From: Microthyrium microscopicum
Taxonomy: Eukaryota
Direction: 5' to 3'
NCBI GenBank assembly: GCA_010405405.1
Contig: MU004231.1
Span: 1,288,164-1,308,163, forward strand
DNA: 20,000 bases
Shown: positions 1-11,695 of the stretch, piece by piece
How the letters are laid out: every line of letters begins with the position of its first letter
Numbering within the stretch: position 1 is the stretch's first letter
Translations under genes and position numbers: made by a program
Notes under the pieces: model-generated
The model's database searches: none
Told to the model about the DNA's origin: nothing
What the model saw: only the letters and a program-made list of their open reading frames with translations

Positions 1-1470
1 TTAGTCTCTATATAGAAGTTCTATACCTTGCTAATTTACCTCTAATTTCTTAATATACGCTATAAGTAAAGGTTTTAAAGAATAAAGAGAAAAGCTTACT
101 AAGTTTAATAAAAAGAATAAAGATAAGTACTATACTTAGAAAGCTAAAGTGCTTAATTATCTTAATAAGAATACCCTTATATATAATATAGAGTTATTTA
201 AAATTTGTCTAATTTAGGAATAGATAGATAAATAGGCCTTTACTACTATTAAGGAGCAAAGTAAATAAGATTTTTATAATCTATATCTTTACTTAAAAGA
301 GGTATAGGTAGACCTAGACTATAAATACACTACTAAGGATAGTTTTATAAAGGTTAAAACCTAGCTTAAAATATTAAAAGCTTAAATAAAGATATTAGAA
401 AAGGTAGAAGAATACCTTACTTACTTCTCTTCTAATTCCTATAAAGTAAGATTATTTAACGAAGAGAAGATTATTAAATTACGCAACTTATTACTAAAGC
501 GTTTTACTAATTATCTACTATTTATTAAACTAGACTCTTACTTTAAATTTATTAATAACCTTTATAAAGTATTCTATTAAATAAAATATTAACTTTCTAT
601 AGAAACTAATAATAATAGCTACTCTAACTCTAATAGCTTTTATAGAGGCTATAGAGGTAGAAGGCGTAAAAACTATAATAGTAGTAGTAGCACCTATAAT
701 AATATTACTAATAATAATAGCAAAATTATACGTTTATAGGAAGTCTTTTATACCCTACGAAAGAATAACTATTATATCTAATATAAAGAATAAGGATATA
801 GCTATTAGAAAGTAAATACTCTATATATAGATAAAAATTCTTTTTCTAATACTAAGATTTATGCTAAAGTTACTTATATAGCTACTATCTTTACTATAGT
901 ATTTATATAACTTAATTTTAATCTTTTACGTACTAATAATAACTTAGAAAACTAAAGGCTCTTCTATATAGATACGTAAAGAAGCTAAATAAGTAAGAAG
1001 TATATAACTATTAAAAGAAGAAGAAATATTAAGTATATATATCTAATTTAGAAGATAAGCTAAAGACTATTTTTATTATTAATAAAATATTAAGATATTA
1101 AGCTTATATATTTAACCCTAACTTAGATAATAAGGAAGAGAATAAAGATATACTAAATTATAACTTTAACTTTAACCTAGAGCTAAATCTAGAGCCTATA
1201 AAGAAGACTTAGTCTAAATAATTAACTATAAAAGAATAAACATTTAATAAAGAACTTATTTTTACTAAAGAATAAATCTAGAGTATAGTCTAAGATATAA
1301 TTAAATACTTATAAAAATTAGTAAAGCTAGAGTTTATAGTAATCTAAATCTCTTTAGTATCTATTACTAATAGTTTTTATCTAAGAAGTATTTCTAAGAT
1401 ACTTATAGTTAATAATTAGTAGACTACTAAAGGTATAGCTTATTTATTAAAAGTAGAATATTACGTCTAA

Positions 1471-4400
1471 ACTAATATATTAATTAATATAAGAAGTAGA
1501 GTAATAGGTATTATATACCTAAATTTTATTTATTAATATAGTATTTCTATAATAAATCTATCTACTCTTTAAGTAATATAACTTACTAATAGCAAAGTAG
1601 TTATTAAGGTAGATAAAGCTACTATAATAAATATACGTCTTAGTAAGTATATTAAGTAAATCTACTACTTTATTATAAATATTACTAATTATAATATTAT
1701 CCTTAAAAATTTATAGGTAAACCTCTATAAAGTTACCTTTAAAGGAGATAAGAAGGAAATCTACTTTAACTCTACTTATTACTTAGTAAATTATCTACTC
1801 TATAGTTACTTAATATTAGTAGATTATAAAGGCTATTTTTATAACCTTACTAATTCTCTACTAAATAAGAAAAACGTTACTATAATTAATATAGTAGCTT
1901 TTATAAAAATGCTAGAATAAAGATAAGAATTTAGTAAAGTATAGCTAGAAAATTTAGATAAAGATAAAGATAAAGCACTACTAGATTCTTTTATATTAAA
2001 AACGCTAAAAGAGAATATTATAATTAATCTTTCTAAGATATTTCTAGAAGACTATAAAAAGTAGTATAAGAAGTATAATTAGCCTCTATTAAGTTAGGAA
2101 GAAATCTTAAAGAAACTACTAAAGGAATTCTATTACTATATTAATATCTTTAACCTAAAGCTAAGTAATAATTTAGTACTATACTATAGTAAATAGGACT
2201 ACTCTATTAATATTATCCTTAATACTACTATTCCTAAGTAAAGATATAATATCCTCTTATATTAAGAATTACTAGTTATTAAGTAGTATATTAATTAAAT
2301 ACTTAGCTATAATTAAGTTTAAGCTAGTAAATTCTACTTTGCTATCCTAATATTATATATATATAAACCTAGAGGTAGTATCTACATCTATATTAATTAT
2401 TAAAGCTTAAATAAAATTACCTAGAAGAACTATAACGTTCTTCTATAACTACTAGAAACCTTAGCTAGAATATATTATATAAAATTCTTCTTAAAATTTA
2501 ACATTATTATAGTCTTTACTTATATCTAAATTAAACTAGAAAATAAATATAAAACTATATTCCTTACTTATTATAGTCTCTATAAATTTAAGGTTATATT
2601 ATTTAGCCTTATTAAAGCTCTAAGTATCTTTTAAGTATACTTAAATTACGTCCTTATAAAATACTTTAATAACTTTATTATAGGCTATATAGATAACCTC
2701 TTAGTTTTTAGTAAGAGCTAAGATTAGCATACTATATATATCTACCTTATCCTAGAAGCTATAGGTAAAGTAGGCCTCTATCTTAATATTAATAAGTATA
2801 ACTTCTTTACTAAATAAATTAAATACCTTAGCCTTATTATTACTACTACTAGTATTAAAATAGATCTAGATAAAGTTAAAAACGTTACTAAATAGGCTTA
2901 ACCTTTATTAATTAAAGACGTATAGGCGTTTCTAAGCTTTACTAATTTCTATTACTATTTTATTTATAGTTACTCCTAAATTACTACCTCTCTTACTATC
3001 TTTACTAAAAAAGATATAATAGTAATCTTTTTATAGAATCTAGATAGACCTAAGGACTACATATTTAAAAAGCTAAAAAAGGACTTTACTACTATACTTA
3101 TTCTTTATTACTTTAATTATATAAAGGAAATATAGTTAGAGATAGATGCCTTTAATTAGATATATACTATAGTACTTTCTTAGAAAGATAAAGAAGGTAA
3201 ATTATAGCTTATTATATTCCTATTAAAGAAGATAACTCTTACTAAATATAACTATAATATTTATAATAAAGAGTTATTAGTAATTATCTACGCCTTTAAA
3301 GAATAGAAACTAAAGCTATTCTTTATAATAGATATAGTTAAGGTATTCTTAAACTACTAGAACTTATAAACTTTTATAATAACTAAAAAGCTATTTTACT
3401 AATAGATAAGATAAGCTAAATTCCTATCCTAATTCTACTTCTAAGTTTAGTATTACCCTAGTCTATTTAATAGCAAAGCTAATATACTTACTTACTAATT
3501 ATAAGATCTACCTTAGGATAATAATAACCTATAAGTCTCTTAATAAGTCTAACTACTATTATTCTCTTACTAATTTAATATTCTTTACGCTATTAAGTTA
3601 GCCTTACTATTAGTTAAACTAATAATACTATTAATTATATACTTAGTTACTCTTACTTAGAATAAGTTAGATATTTTAACCTTTATAAAGGAGTTAATAA
3701 ATCCTATAAAGGGGCTAGCTAATAATAAAAGACTACCTAGAAAAGAGTTAATAAAACTCCTAGGAAATAATAAATTCCTAAATTTTAATAATAATTAGTT
3801 TATATAGGATATAGTTTAAGAGTTTACTAGTAATAAAACTATAGAAGCTATCTAATAAGCTAAAGTAAACTACTAAACGTATCTACTCTTTAATATACCT
3901 AAGTAGGAAAGTATTAAGCTAGATAACTACGTAGTTACTATAAATAATATAATTCTATATTATAACTATATCTTTATTCTTTATAATAAATTACGTTATT
4001 AAGCCCTATTCTTTACTTATAGCTATAAAGTTATAAGTTATAAAAGAGTAGCTATAACCTATTATTATTTATAAGAAACCTATTAGTAGCCTAAAATATT
4101 ATAAGATATAAAGATATATATAAAAGATTATAAATACGTCTTTACTAAATTAGTATAATAAAAAAAGTAAAAATTCTTAAGAAGCTTCCTCTTACTAGAA
4201 TGCACTTAGTTAGATATTTCTATTAACTTTACTATTTTATTACTATATTATTACTACTAAGGAATAATCTATTACTACGTTATAGTTATTATAGATCATT
4301 ATATAAGAATACGTTATTTTATCTTACTATTAGACCTTTCTATAGAATCTATAGTTTTAGTATTTATTAACTATATCTAGAAATTAGTAAGTTAGTCTAA

Positions 4401-5409
4401 AAGTATTCTTTTAGATTATAGTAGCTAATTTACTTTAGCCTTTTAGAAACATTTATATAAACGCGTTAGTACTATTCTTTACCTTAGTATAGCTTTTTAC
4501 TTAGAAATAGATAGTATTATAGAAATCTCTATTATAGCCTTAAAGTAGTATTTATAAGCCTTTATTAATTAGGATTAAGATAACTAGGTTACTTTATTAT
4601 TATTTACAGAATTTATAGTTAACTTAATAGTAAACGTAATTATAAGAATTATGCCTTTCTAGGTATAAAATAGCTTTAACTCTTAATTAGGCCTTAAAGC
4701 TAATTATTCTATTCCTTACTTATTCTACGCCTTTACTACTACTAATAAGGAAAAAGCTAATATAGATATTATATAGTAAGGCTATACTAATATATATAAA
4801 TACCTTATAAAGTAACTTACTTAAGCTTAGGTATAATAAGCTAAGTATACTAACTATTATTACTAAGCTATATTAGATTTATAGCTAGGTAATTAAGTAA
4901 GATTAGATACCTATAATTACTCTACTTCTTATTCTTTAAAAATACTTAATAATAAAAGCTCTAAACCTTTTTATATTATTAAAAAGATTAATGCTATTAT
5001 ATATAAGCTAGATCTACCCTCCTTAATAAAAATATATAATATCTTCTATACTTAGATCCTCTACTATATTATTAATAACGCTAAATTCTTAAAACATTTA
5101 AATTCTTTTTTTACAATTATAGATAAAACTAAAGAAACTACAAAATAGTAGGTAGATATAATTATTAATAGCTATTATAAGCCTTAGATTAAGAAGAAGA
5201 CGTTATAGTATATAATTAAATTTATAAGCTATAATATAGTAAAATAGTATAATTAGCATAATGCTAAAAACGCTCTAAATCTAATTATAGAATTCTATGC
5301 TTATTATCTTAATAAACTAGGCTTTTACTCTTCTTAGATCTTACTATAGCTAGAGTTAACTAAAGATAATAACGTTATATATAACTTTAATAGTATCTTT
5401 ACTAACTAG
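1471..5409 (+). pseudogene. pol: pol polyprotein relic (aspartic protease, reverse transcriptase, RNase H, integrase, chromodomain); true start lies further upstream
   Basis: Frame-1 motifs, de-RIPed reading: 1480-1497 LIDTGS (protease); 2371-2412 GGGIRICIDYRGLN; 2686-2712 YIDNLLVFS as read (YIDD RT motif); 3139-3153 ETDAS; 3250-3285 NYDIYDKELLAI; 4207-4230 WSDISIDF; ~4405 ILSDRGSQF; ~4495 FHPETDG; ~4963 GPF and ~5002 YKLDLP..MKIHNIFH; 5146-5322 chromodomain-like W.VD.IIDS...YxIKF.GY...W...FH..YP.KP. The internal stops seen are TAA/TAG, as expected from RIP of CAA/CAG/TGG/CGA. Confidence 0.92.
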
Positions 5410-5614
5410 TACTAAAAAGTTTACTTTCTTTATATTACTAATATCCTTATTTAGTATAGATATACTAGCCCTTAGACTACTAAGACTTAAGAATTAGAGT
5501 ATTCTAGAGATATCTTAAGGTTTATTAATACCTCTTAATAGTTACTTTAGTAGGCTAGAGGTTAAGATACTCTAAATATCTAATTATTAGCATTATATTA
5601 TAGAAGGAATTTAT

Positions 5615-5680
5615 TAGACTAGACTAGATTAGACTAGACTAGATTAGACTAGACTAGAATAGACTAGAATAGACTAGAAG
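5615..5680. repeat. Pentanucleotide tandem array (TAGAC/TAGAT/TAGAA)n, about 13 units, in the retrotransposon 3' untranslated region
   Basis: Directly visible: tagactagactagattagactagactagattagactagactagaatagactagaatagactagaag. Confidence 0.9.
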
Positions 5681-5717
5681 AGTAATAATAAGCTAAGATA
5701 GCTTAGAGAGCTATTCT

Positions 5718-5728
5718 AAAAGGAGGAG
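5718..5728 (+). other. Polypurine tract (PPT) of the retrotransposon
   Basis: AAAAGGAGGAG ends 3 nt before the TGTAAT start of the putative 3' LTR. Confidence 0.8.
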
Positions 5729-5731
5729 TTA

Positions 5732-5949
5732 TGTAATAATTCTTTATAATACTATATTAAGAGAGATCTTAGTATTATAAGATTACGTACTAGACCTAGA
5801 GAGTATTAGTATATCTAAGGTTCTACTAAGTAGACTTACTTTCCTTATAGATCTATAGTAGTTCTAGATCTTTTTCCTCTCTCTCTTATACGTAGATTCT
5901 TAAATACTAGCTAATTATCTACTTACTCTAAGTCCTATCGCTCGTTACA
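5732..5949 (+). repeat. 3' long terminal repeat (218 bp)
   Basis: Begins TGTAAT (TGTAAC before RIP) just after the PPT and ends GTTACA, a canonical TG...CA inverted terminus. The 5' LTR is not in the window, so direct-repeat status is not verifiable. Confidence 0.8.
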
Positions 5950-6149
5950 GACTATACGATAAAGCACTTAGATTATCTGCTACTAAACTACTTCCTTAAC
6001 GACCTACTAGTTTAACCTACTTTACTTATAGATAAATATAAAAACGAACAGTAGTGCGATAGCGATTATCTACTATAGCTATAAGATTATATAAATATTA
6101 ACTCTAATAGTAACTAGATAGATAATAATAAGAAGGATAGTAACTACAA

Positions 6150-6876
6150 TAATTAATTTAAATTCTATACTAATAAACTACCTAAAGAAATTAAGTACTA
6201 TAGTAAACTATTAAATAGTACGCCTTAGTTAATAATAGTACCCTAAGAGAATAATATTATACTTAAGAAAGTACTAATTAAAATATCTACTTTAATTAAC
6301 TACTTTATTATAGAGAAAGTTATAATAAATAATTAATATAGGGATTATAATAATCTTAAGGAATATAAATACCTTAATAATTTAGAGGCTAGATAACTAC
6401 TTAATAAAGTTAGGTAGCAAAATTTATCTATATAATAGGTCTATAATAGTATAATCTAATAAAAGAATGTATAGCTTTATAGTCTTTAGTTTATATATTA
6501 TCTAATATAGTAAAAATATAATTAGATAAGCTTCTTATCTTTAGAGCTAATAATATTTTCTAATACTATATTACTAACTATTTATAGCTTATTATAGCCT
6601 TTGCCTATTTTATAATAAAATAAAGTTAAGAACCTAAATATAGATACTTATTACTTAATACTATATTTAATATATATAAAGATATATAAGATTCTTTATA
6701 AAAAGGAATAGCCTAAAAAAGAATATAACTTATTATTAACTATCTAACTTAAATAGAAATTATTTCTAGATAATATACTAGAAAATAGTAAAGAAGAGAA
6801 TAAAGATACTAAAGAAGAGGATAAGGAAACTAAAGATAGTAAGTCTACTAAGACTAATAAAAAGGAAATTAAGTAA
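6150..6876 (+). pseudogene. RIP-destroyed relic ORF of unknown identity with a charged/acidic C-terminal tail; start approximate
   Basis: Frame 1 reads as protein-like sequence interrupted by TAA/TAG and ends ENSKEENKDTKEEDKETKDSKSTKTNKKEIK*. It lies in a RIP-like AT-rich block (5950-~7100) outside the LTR. Confidence 0.4.
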
Positions 6877-8658
6877 TAAGAAATTTATTAATAAAAGGTT
6901 TATTTATATATAAGATTAAGATTATATCTTAACCTTTATTATTTATAGAATAGTTAATAGCTAAATTACTAACCTATAGTCCTTAGTACTATATAGACCT
7001 AATAGCGTAGACTATATCTAAAAGTATAGAAATAGGTAAGATCTTAACTTACTTTAATTATTAAGATATACGTTATATAGCTAAATTAAGTACGTCTTCT
7101 ATATTTGATTCATATCTTCTTGTCCTCTAAATTCCACGACGTACATTTAAACGCACGGTGGAAGCGCTAGCCTATTTGGAGGTTCACACATAAACAACGC
7201 GACCAAAGGTCCGGCGAATAATACACATGCCAGTGCTTCTTTTCTCCACTTCCATACTTCAATATCAAATGATCCACCTCCTACGCTAAAGTTAAATGGA
7301 CAGAGGCTAGAGTGCTAGCAGCCGTACCCTTGGGACAGTGGTCATACATCTGACAGTCGATATTGCCAGCGTAAAGCTACATAAGAAACCGGCTGCCTCT
7401 GAGCTTCAACCTGAGCGCCTTAAGCTTTCAACTCAGAAATTTGAATCAAGAACTTTCTAATGGCTAAAAAGCAATGGCTGGAGTTGAACGCCACAATCGC
7501 GTAGTCCCCGCTATTTTTAAGAGCCGCATACCTCAACGGGCTATAATTAGTTTAGTTACTGGAGAAAGAGAAGAAGCCTTCTCTTGAGCAATAGTAGGCA
7601 TTGTGAGAGGAATGTTGATAGGTCAAGTTTTCGCTTTGGATAACTTACTTCAGGTTTGATACTTCCTCATGGACTGGTTACAAGCACACAAGCATGACTG
7701 ATTGATCGTGAAATGCAAGCGGGCAAACGAATCAATGGGCTTCAAGCCGACTGCGACCCTGGCGCTAGGAACACAACCTCGCGATGCAACCATCTTTCGC
7801 TCGCCAAGCCTTTTCCAACTTCAACTTCAACTTCACCACTCCCGTCACTAGCACTATCAGGTCTCTGCAAACTAACCCAAAGATACGACTGGTATCAAAT
7901 CTGTAGCTACCTGACTGGTATCTTCTTATCCTGCTAGCATTTAATGCCACGGTAACTAGGTACATACACCCTCTAGAGTCTAGCTCTTGATGATACTGCA
8001 CAATCGGGCAGTTGACTACCACAACCTTGCCATCAGAATAGCGGATATCGTCGGAAGAAAGATATCACAATCCACTGCTACACATCCCAGCAACACATCT
8101 ATCATGATCAGAGAAACATAGCGATCACTTCGTCACTTTGCATCTCCAACGAGGGTCAATACCCCTCCAGTGGAAATCTCGTGGAGATCCCAGAAGCTTG
8201 TTCGGGCCTGTCAAGCGCGAATGTTTAGCAAGTCCACCCATGATACGACCTTCTCGTAGCATGTGTGTTCAAAGCTACCCCATGTGCAACTCTCAGCCTT
8301 GTCCCAGTATCAATGTAGGCATAAAAAACTTTCTTCCACTATAGCTTCTGTAACACCGAGTCATCACCACTTTTCTTGCCTGTGCTAGTATCGATGAGTC
8401 TGATTTGCCTCTTGTGACGACCGATTGGAGACCTTGCTAGGACTTTGTCAAACGCTCGCTAGGTCATTCCATGGCAAGTTACTGCCTACCGCTTGGGGAG
8501 GGAGCTTGTTGGATGGTATATATCGAGTGGTGTCATCAATAGTAGACAAGATATGGAGACAAGAAACCTAAACTTCTACATTGCTCGATAACCCCTGAGC
8601 CAAGATAGAATTTACAACACCATCATCAAACTTACACCCTTCCTATATCCCAAGCAAA

Positions 8659-9911
8659 ATGTATGCTACCCTCTCCTCCCTATAGCCAACCAGCTAACCA
8701 CAACCAGGCGTCTCGTCGTACGTGATAACCAAGCCACCGCATCTGAATATGTAGCCGAATACATCATCCGTAAGTTCCTCCCAGCAACACCATTCCCACC
8801 ACAACCTTTCTCCTAAAAACATCCAGAGCGCATCAACGCCTTCGCCCCAACCGCCACCCGCCCTTTTGTTCTCGGCCTTCCCACCGGCTCCTCCCCCCAA
8901 CAAGTCTACGCCATCCTCGTCGCCGCCTTCCGCGAAAAGCGCATCAGCTTCAAACATGTAATCACCTTCAACATGGACGAGTACGTCGGACTACCTTCAG
9001 CCCACCCACAGTCCTACCACACTTTCATGTACAACCACCTCTTCAGCCACATTGACATCGACCCTTCCAACGTGCACATACTCGACGGCAACGCACCAGA
9101 TCTAGAGAGTGAGTGCGCAGCCTACGAAGCAGCGATTCGCAAGGCTGGCGGAATCGAGCTGTTTCTAGGCGGCATTGGGCCAGATGGACATGTGGCGTTC
9201 AACGAGCCTGGGAGTTCGTTGAATAGTCGCACACGCGTCAAGACACTGGCGTATGATACGATTCTGGCGAATAGTCGGTTCTTTGGAGATGATTTGGGGA
9301 AAGTGCCGCGGATGGCATTGACGGTTGGTGTTGCGACGGTTTTAGCGGTAAGTTTCGCACATTACTGCAGATCTGTCAAAACCTTTTAGGCTAATTGGTG
9401 CATTTAGGCCAAGGAGGTTGTCATCATCATCACTGGCGCCCACAAAGCTCTTGCGCTGCAAAAATGCATCGAGGGCCCGGTCAACCACATGTGGACGCTG
9501 AGTAGCTTGCAAATGCACCAACATGCGCTCATTGTGGTCGATGAGGATGCTACGCTCGAGCTGCAGGTTAAGACTGTCAAGTATTTCAAGAGCATTGAGG
9601 GAGTGGCCAAGGAGTGCGGCTATGACCAGATGGTGCCAAGTGAAATCGCTCGCCAGAACGCAGAGCGCGCTGCGGAGGAGGCGGAGATGAAGGCGCTGCT
9701 TGAGTCCAAAGGCAATGGAACCAAGGCAAACGGTGCCAATGGCGGATTGATGGTGAATGGCACTCCTCAGAGAGCGGTTACGCCAGATATCATTCCTGAT
9801 CGCATGAGTTCGCGCATTAGCGACCCACCGATCCCAGAGGGCATGATGAAGGAAAATGGCGAGCTGAAGATGTCAAATATGCACTCTCGTATGCCAGTGC
9901 CAGCTTATTAG
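8659..9911 (+). CDS. NAG1: Glucosamine-6-phosphate deaminase (isomerase), 362 aa; exons 8659-8660, 8708-8769, 8827-9347, 9408-9911
   Basis: Spliced translation [27 protein letters not shown]...[11 protein letters not shown]...[12 protein letters not shown]...[26 protein letters not shown]...[25 protein letters not shown]...[12 protein letters not shown] carries the NagB/GNPDA signature motifs. Three GT..AG introns (47, 57, 60 nt), with CTAAC/CTAAT branch sites in introns 1 and 3, restore one continuous frame. Confidence 0.96.
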
Positions 9912-10619
9912 GAAGTAGCTGGCTTTCGGAATAGCGATGAGGATAATGATAGAAAATAATGGCGCTAATGGGGCATTCATTCTTTGGTATAGCAGTCCGT
10001 CTCTAATCACATATAGAAATTGATTGTCAAGGCGAGGAAGCACTGTATTCATGGTAAGTAGATCTAGATATTTTTAAATAGGCTCTTAGTCCTTATCAAA
10101 GAGAGCAATTTCTGATCAAAGTCGTGGTAGCTGTATGGAGTTTAATTGAGAAAGAATATGTAATACGGCCCAGGTGTCCGTCCCGCACTCTTGCAAAGAC
10201 TTTCGCAAGCGGTGTTAATATATGCCCTTATCATCGCCAAGTTCTATTCGGCCACCGGGCTTCCTTACTGTCAGTTCTCTAGTCGAATCCATCAGACTGG
10301 AACGATGTTGCACGTTCCACTTCTCACTATACAGGAAACTTGTAGATCAACTATAGGGGCTTGTACCTTTCTTGACTATCTCGGCCTAATCTCGTTGCTA
10401 TTCTGGTGATCGGAGATTTGCGCCTGATAACATGATATCATACGGAATGTTAGATTAAAATCTGGCGTGATGTTGAGATTTTATCATCACTCCAATGTCC
10501 ATAGAAAATAGAAATCATTACTTGGCCATATAATGCCCAGATACTACCATCTCATAACACCGTTTGCATCCTGATCGTCAAGAAACAACGCTCCGGAGAT
10601 CAAAACTCTTCGTGTCAAG

Positions 10620-11695
10620 ATGCAGTTATTTTTACACCTTGCTCTGGCAACCTTTGTGGTAGCACAATCAGAGCCGCTCGCTGCCATTACACCTCCGAAG
10701 GGTACTCAAGCAACGAACCTTCCAGCTCTTGGACTGGGAACATGGTACGCAAAGGGTAGCAATGCCACGGCCGCTGTCGCTCAAGCTATCGTTGACGGCT
10801 ACCGGCTCATTGATACATCTCCCTTCTACAACAATCAAAAAGAAGTAGGCGCAGGTGTCAGAGAGGGCATCAAAAGAGCTGGAATTAGCAGACAAGACGT
10901 ATGGGTAACAAGTAAACTTTGGACTACAAAGTAAGGACTCTTTGCTATCCATTGATTACCTAATATAGAATGTGCTAACATATACGATCAGACATTCTGA
11001 CCCCAACGGTGGTCTCAAAGAGACACTGGCTGAATTAGGACTCGATTATGTTGATCTCTGGTTGATACACTGGCCAATGGGTCCTGGAAATACTTTTGAC
11101 CATGTTCCTGTGAGTCTGAACAGAATATCTTTTGTGATCTTGCTAATTTGCTTGTCAGACATGGCAAAAGATGGAAAAGCTTCCCGCCACAAAAATGACA
11201 CGATACATTGGAATATCGAACTTCAGTCCAGCACAAGTAAAAGACGTTCTTAAAGTGGCTACTATCAAGCCAAAGGTCATGCAAATCGAACTGCATCCGT
11301 ATCTTCCACAGGAAGACTTCGTTGCCTCGCTCCAGAAACAAGGAATTACCGTCAACGCTTATGCCCCTTTGGGGAATACGAACCCGGCATACAAGAGTAG
11401 TGCCACTAAGCTACTACAGCATTCTACTATTCGGTCAATCGCATCCGCAAGGGGATGTACTCCGGCTCAAGTTGTGCTTGCATGGAATATGAAGCGCAGT
11501 GTCGTTGTTATCCCAAAGGCTGTGCAGATTGCGCATCAAAAAGAGAACATTGCAACTCCTGCCTGTGCTGCCAAGTTGACTGCAGAGGACTTGGAAAAGA
11601 TTGCACAGATATCTAATCCTCCGCATAGATTCATGAGCTCGCCCTGTGCTTCGAACCAGTTCAAATGCTTCGAAGGTACCACGAAGGGCTTTTAG
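10620..11695 (+). CDS. Aldo-keto reductase with predicted N-terminal signal peptide, 321 aa; exons 10620-10930, 10992-11109, 11159-11695
   Basis: AKR motifs LPALGLGTW, GYRLIDTSPFY (D65, Y70), VWVTSKLW (K99), LGLDYVDLWLIHWP (H130), IGISNFS, QIELHPYL, AYAPLG, TPAQVVLAW, VIPKA, ENI. Introns are GTAAGG..GCTAAC..CAG (61 nt) and GTGAGT..GCTAAT..CAG (49 nt). Hydrophobic N-terminus MQLFLHLALATFVVA-Q. Confidence 0.94.

Larger units (their letters stand above)
1..5949 (+). mobile_element. RIP-degenerated Ty3/Gypsy LTR retrotransposon (chromovirus); 5' part lies outside the window
   Basis: Extremely AT-rich, TpA-rich and CpA/TpG-poor. After reverting C>T/G>A changes, the domain order PR-RT-RNaseH-IN-chromodomain is readable in + frame 1. 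It is followed by a polypurine tract and a TG...CA LTR. Confidence 0.95.

Noticed and set aside
770..826. Possible Gag zinc knuckle after de-RIPing (C-x2-C-x4-H...C)
   Set aside because: All ligand codons read TAT and must be assumed mutated, and the spacing is non-canonical, so it is not called as a feature.
5615..5680. Repeat arrays as CRISPR-like or telomeric repeats
   Set aside because: No spacers, eukaryotic context, and the units do not match TTAGGG.
1..7100. AT-rich blocks as mitochondrial insertion or alternative genetic code
   Set aside because: CpA/TpG depletion, TAA/TAG-type stops and retroelement or transposase motifs are fully explained by RIP of nuclear repeats.
7100..8650. 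Short ORFs 7713-7937, 7765-8022 and 8138-8344, and a minus-strand MPTIAQEK.. start at 7601 with a possible intron
   Set aside because: No recognisable motifs or consistent spliced model could be built. Treated as intergenic, though a decayed gene is not excluded.
8694..9610. Minus-strand ORFs 8694-8957, 9342-9524 and 9404-9610
   Set aside because: Antisense to the deaminase exons, with no independent motifs.
10191..10409. 72-aa ORF with hydrophobic ends
   Set aside because: Starts at TTG, has no splice or codon-bias support, and lies in the AKR promoter region.
10668..11626. Minus-strand ORFs overlapping the AKR
   Set aside because: Antisense shadows of a well-supported gene.
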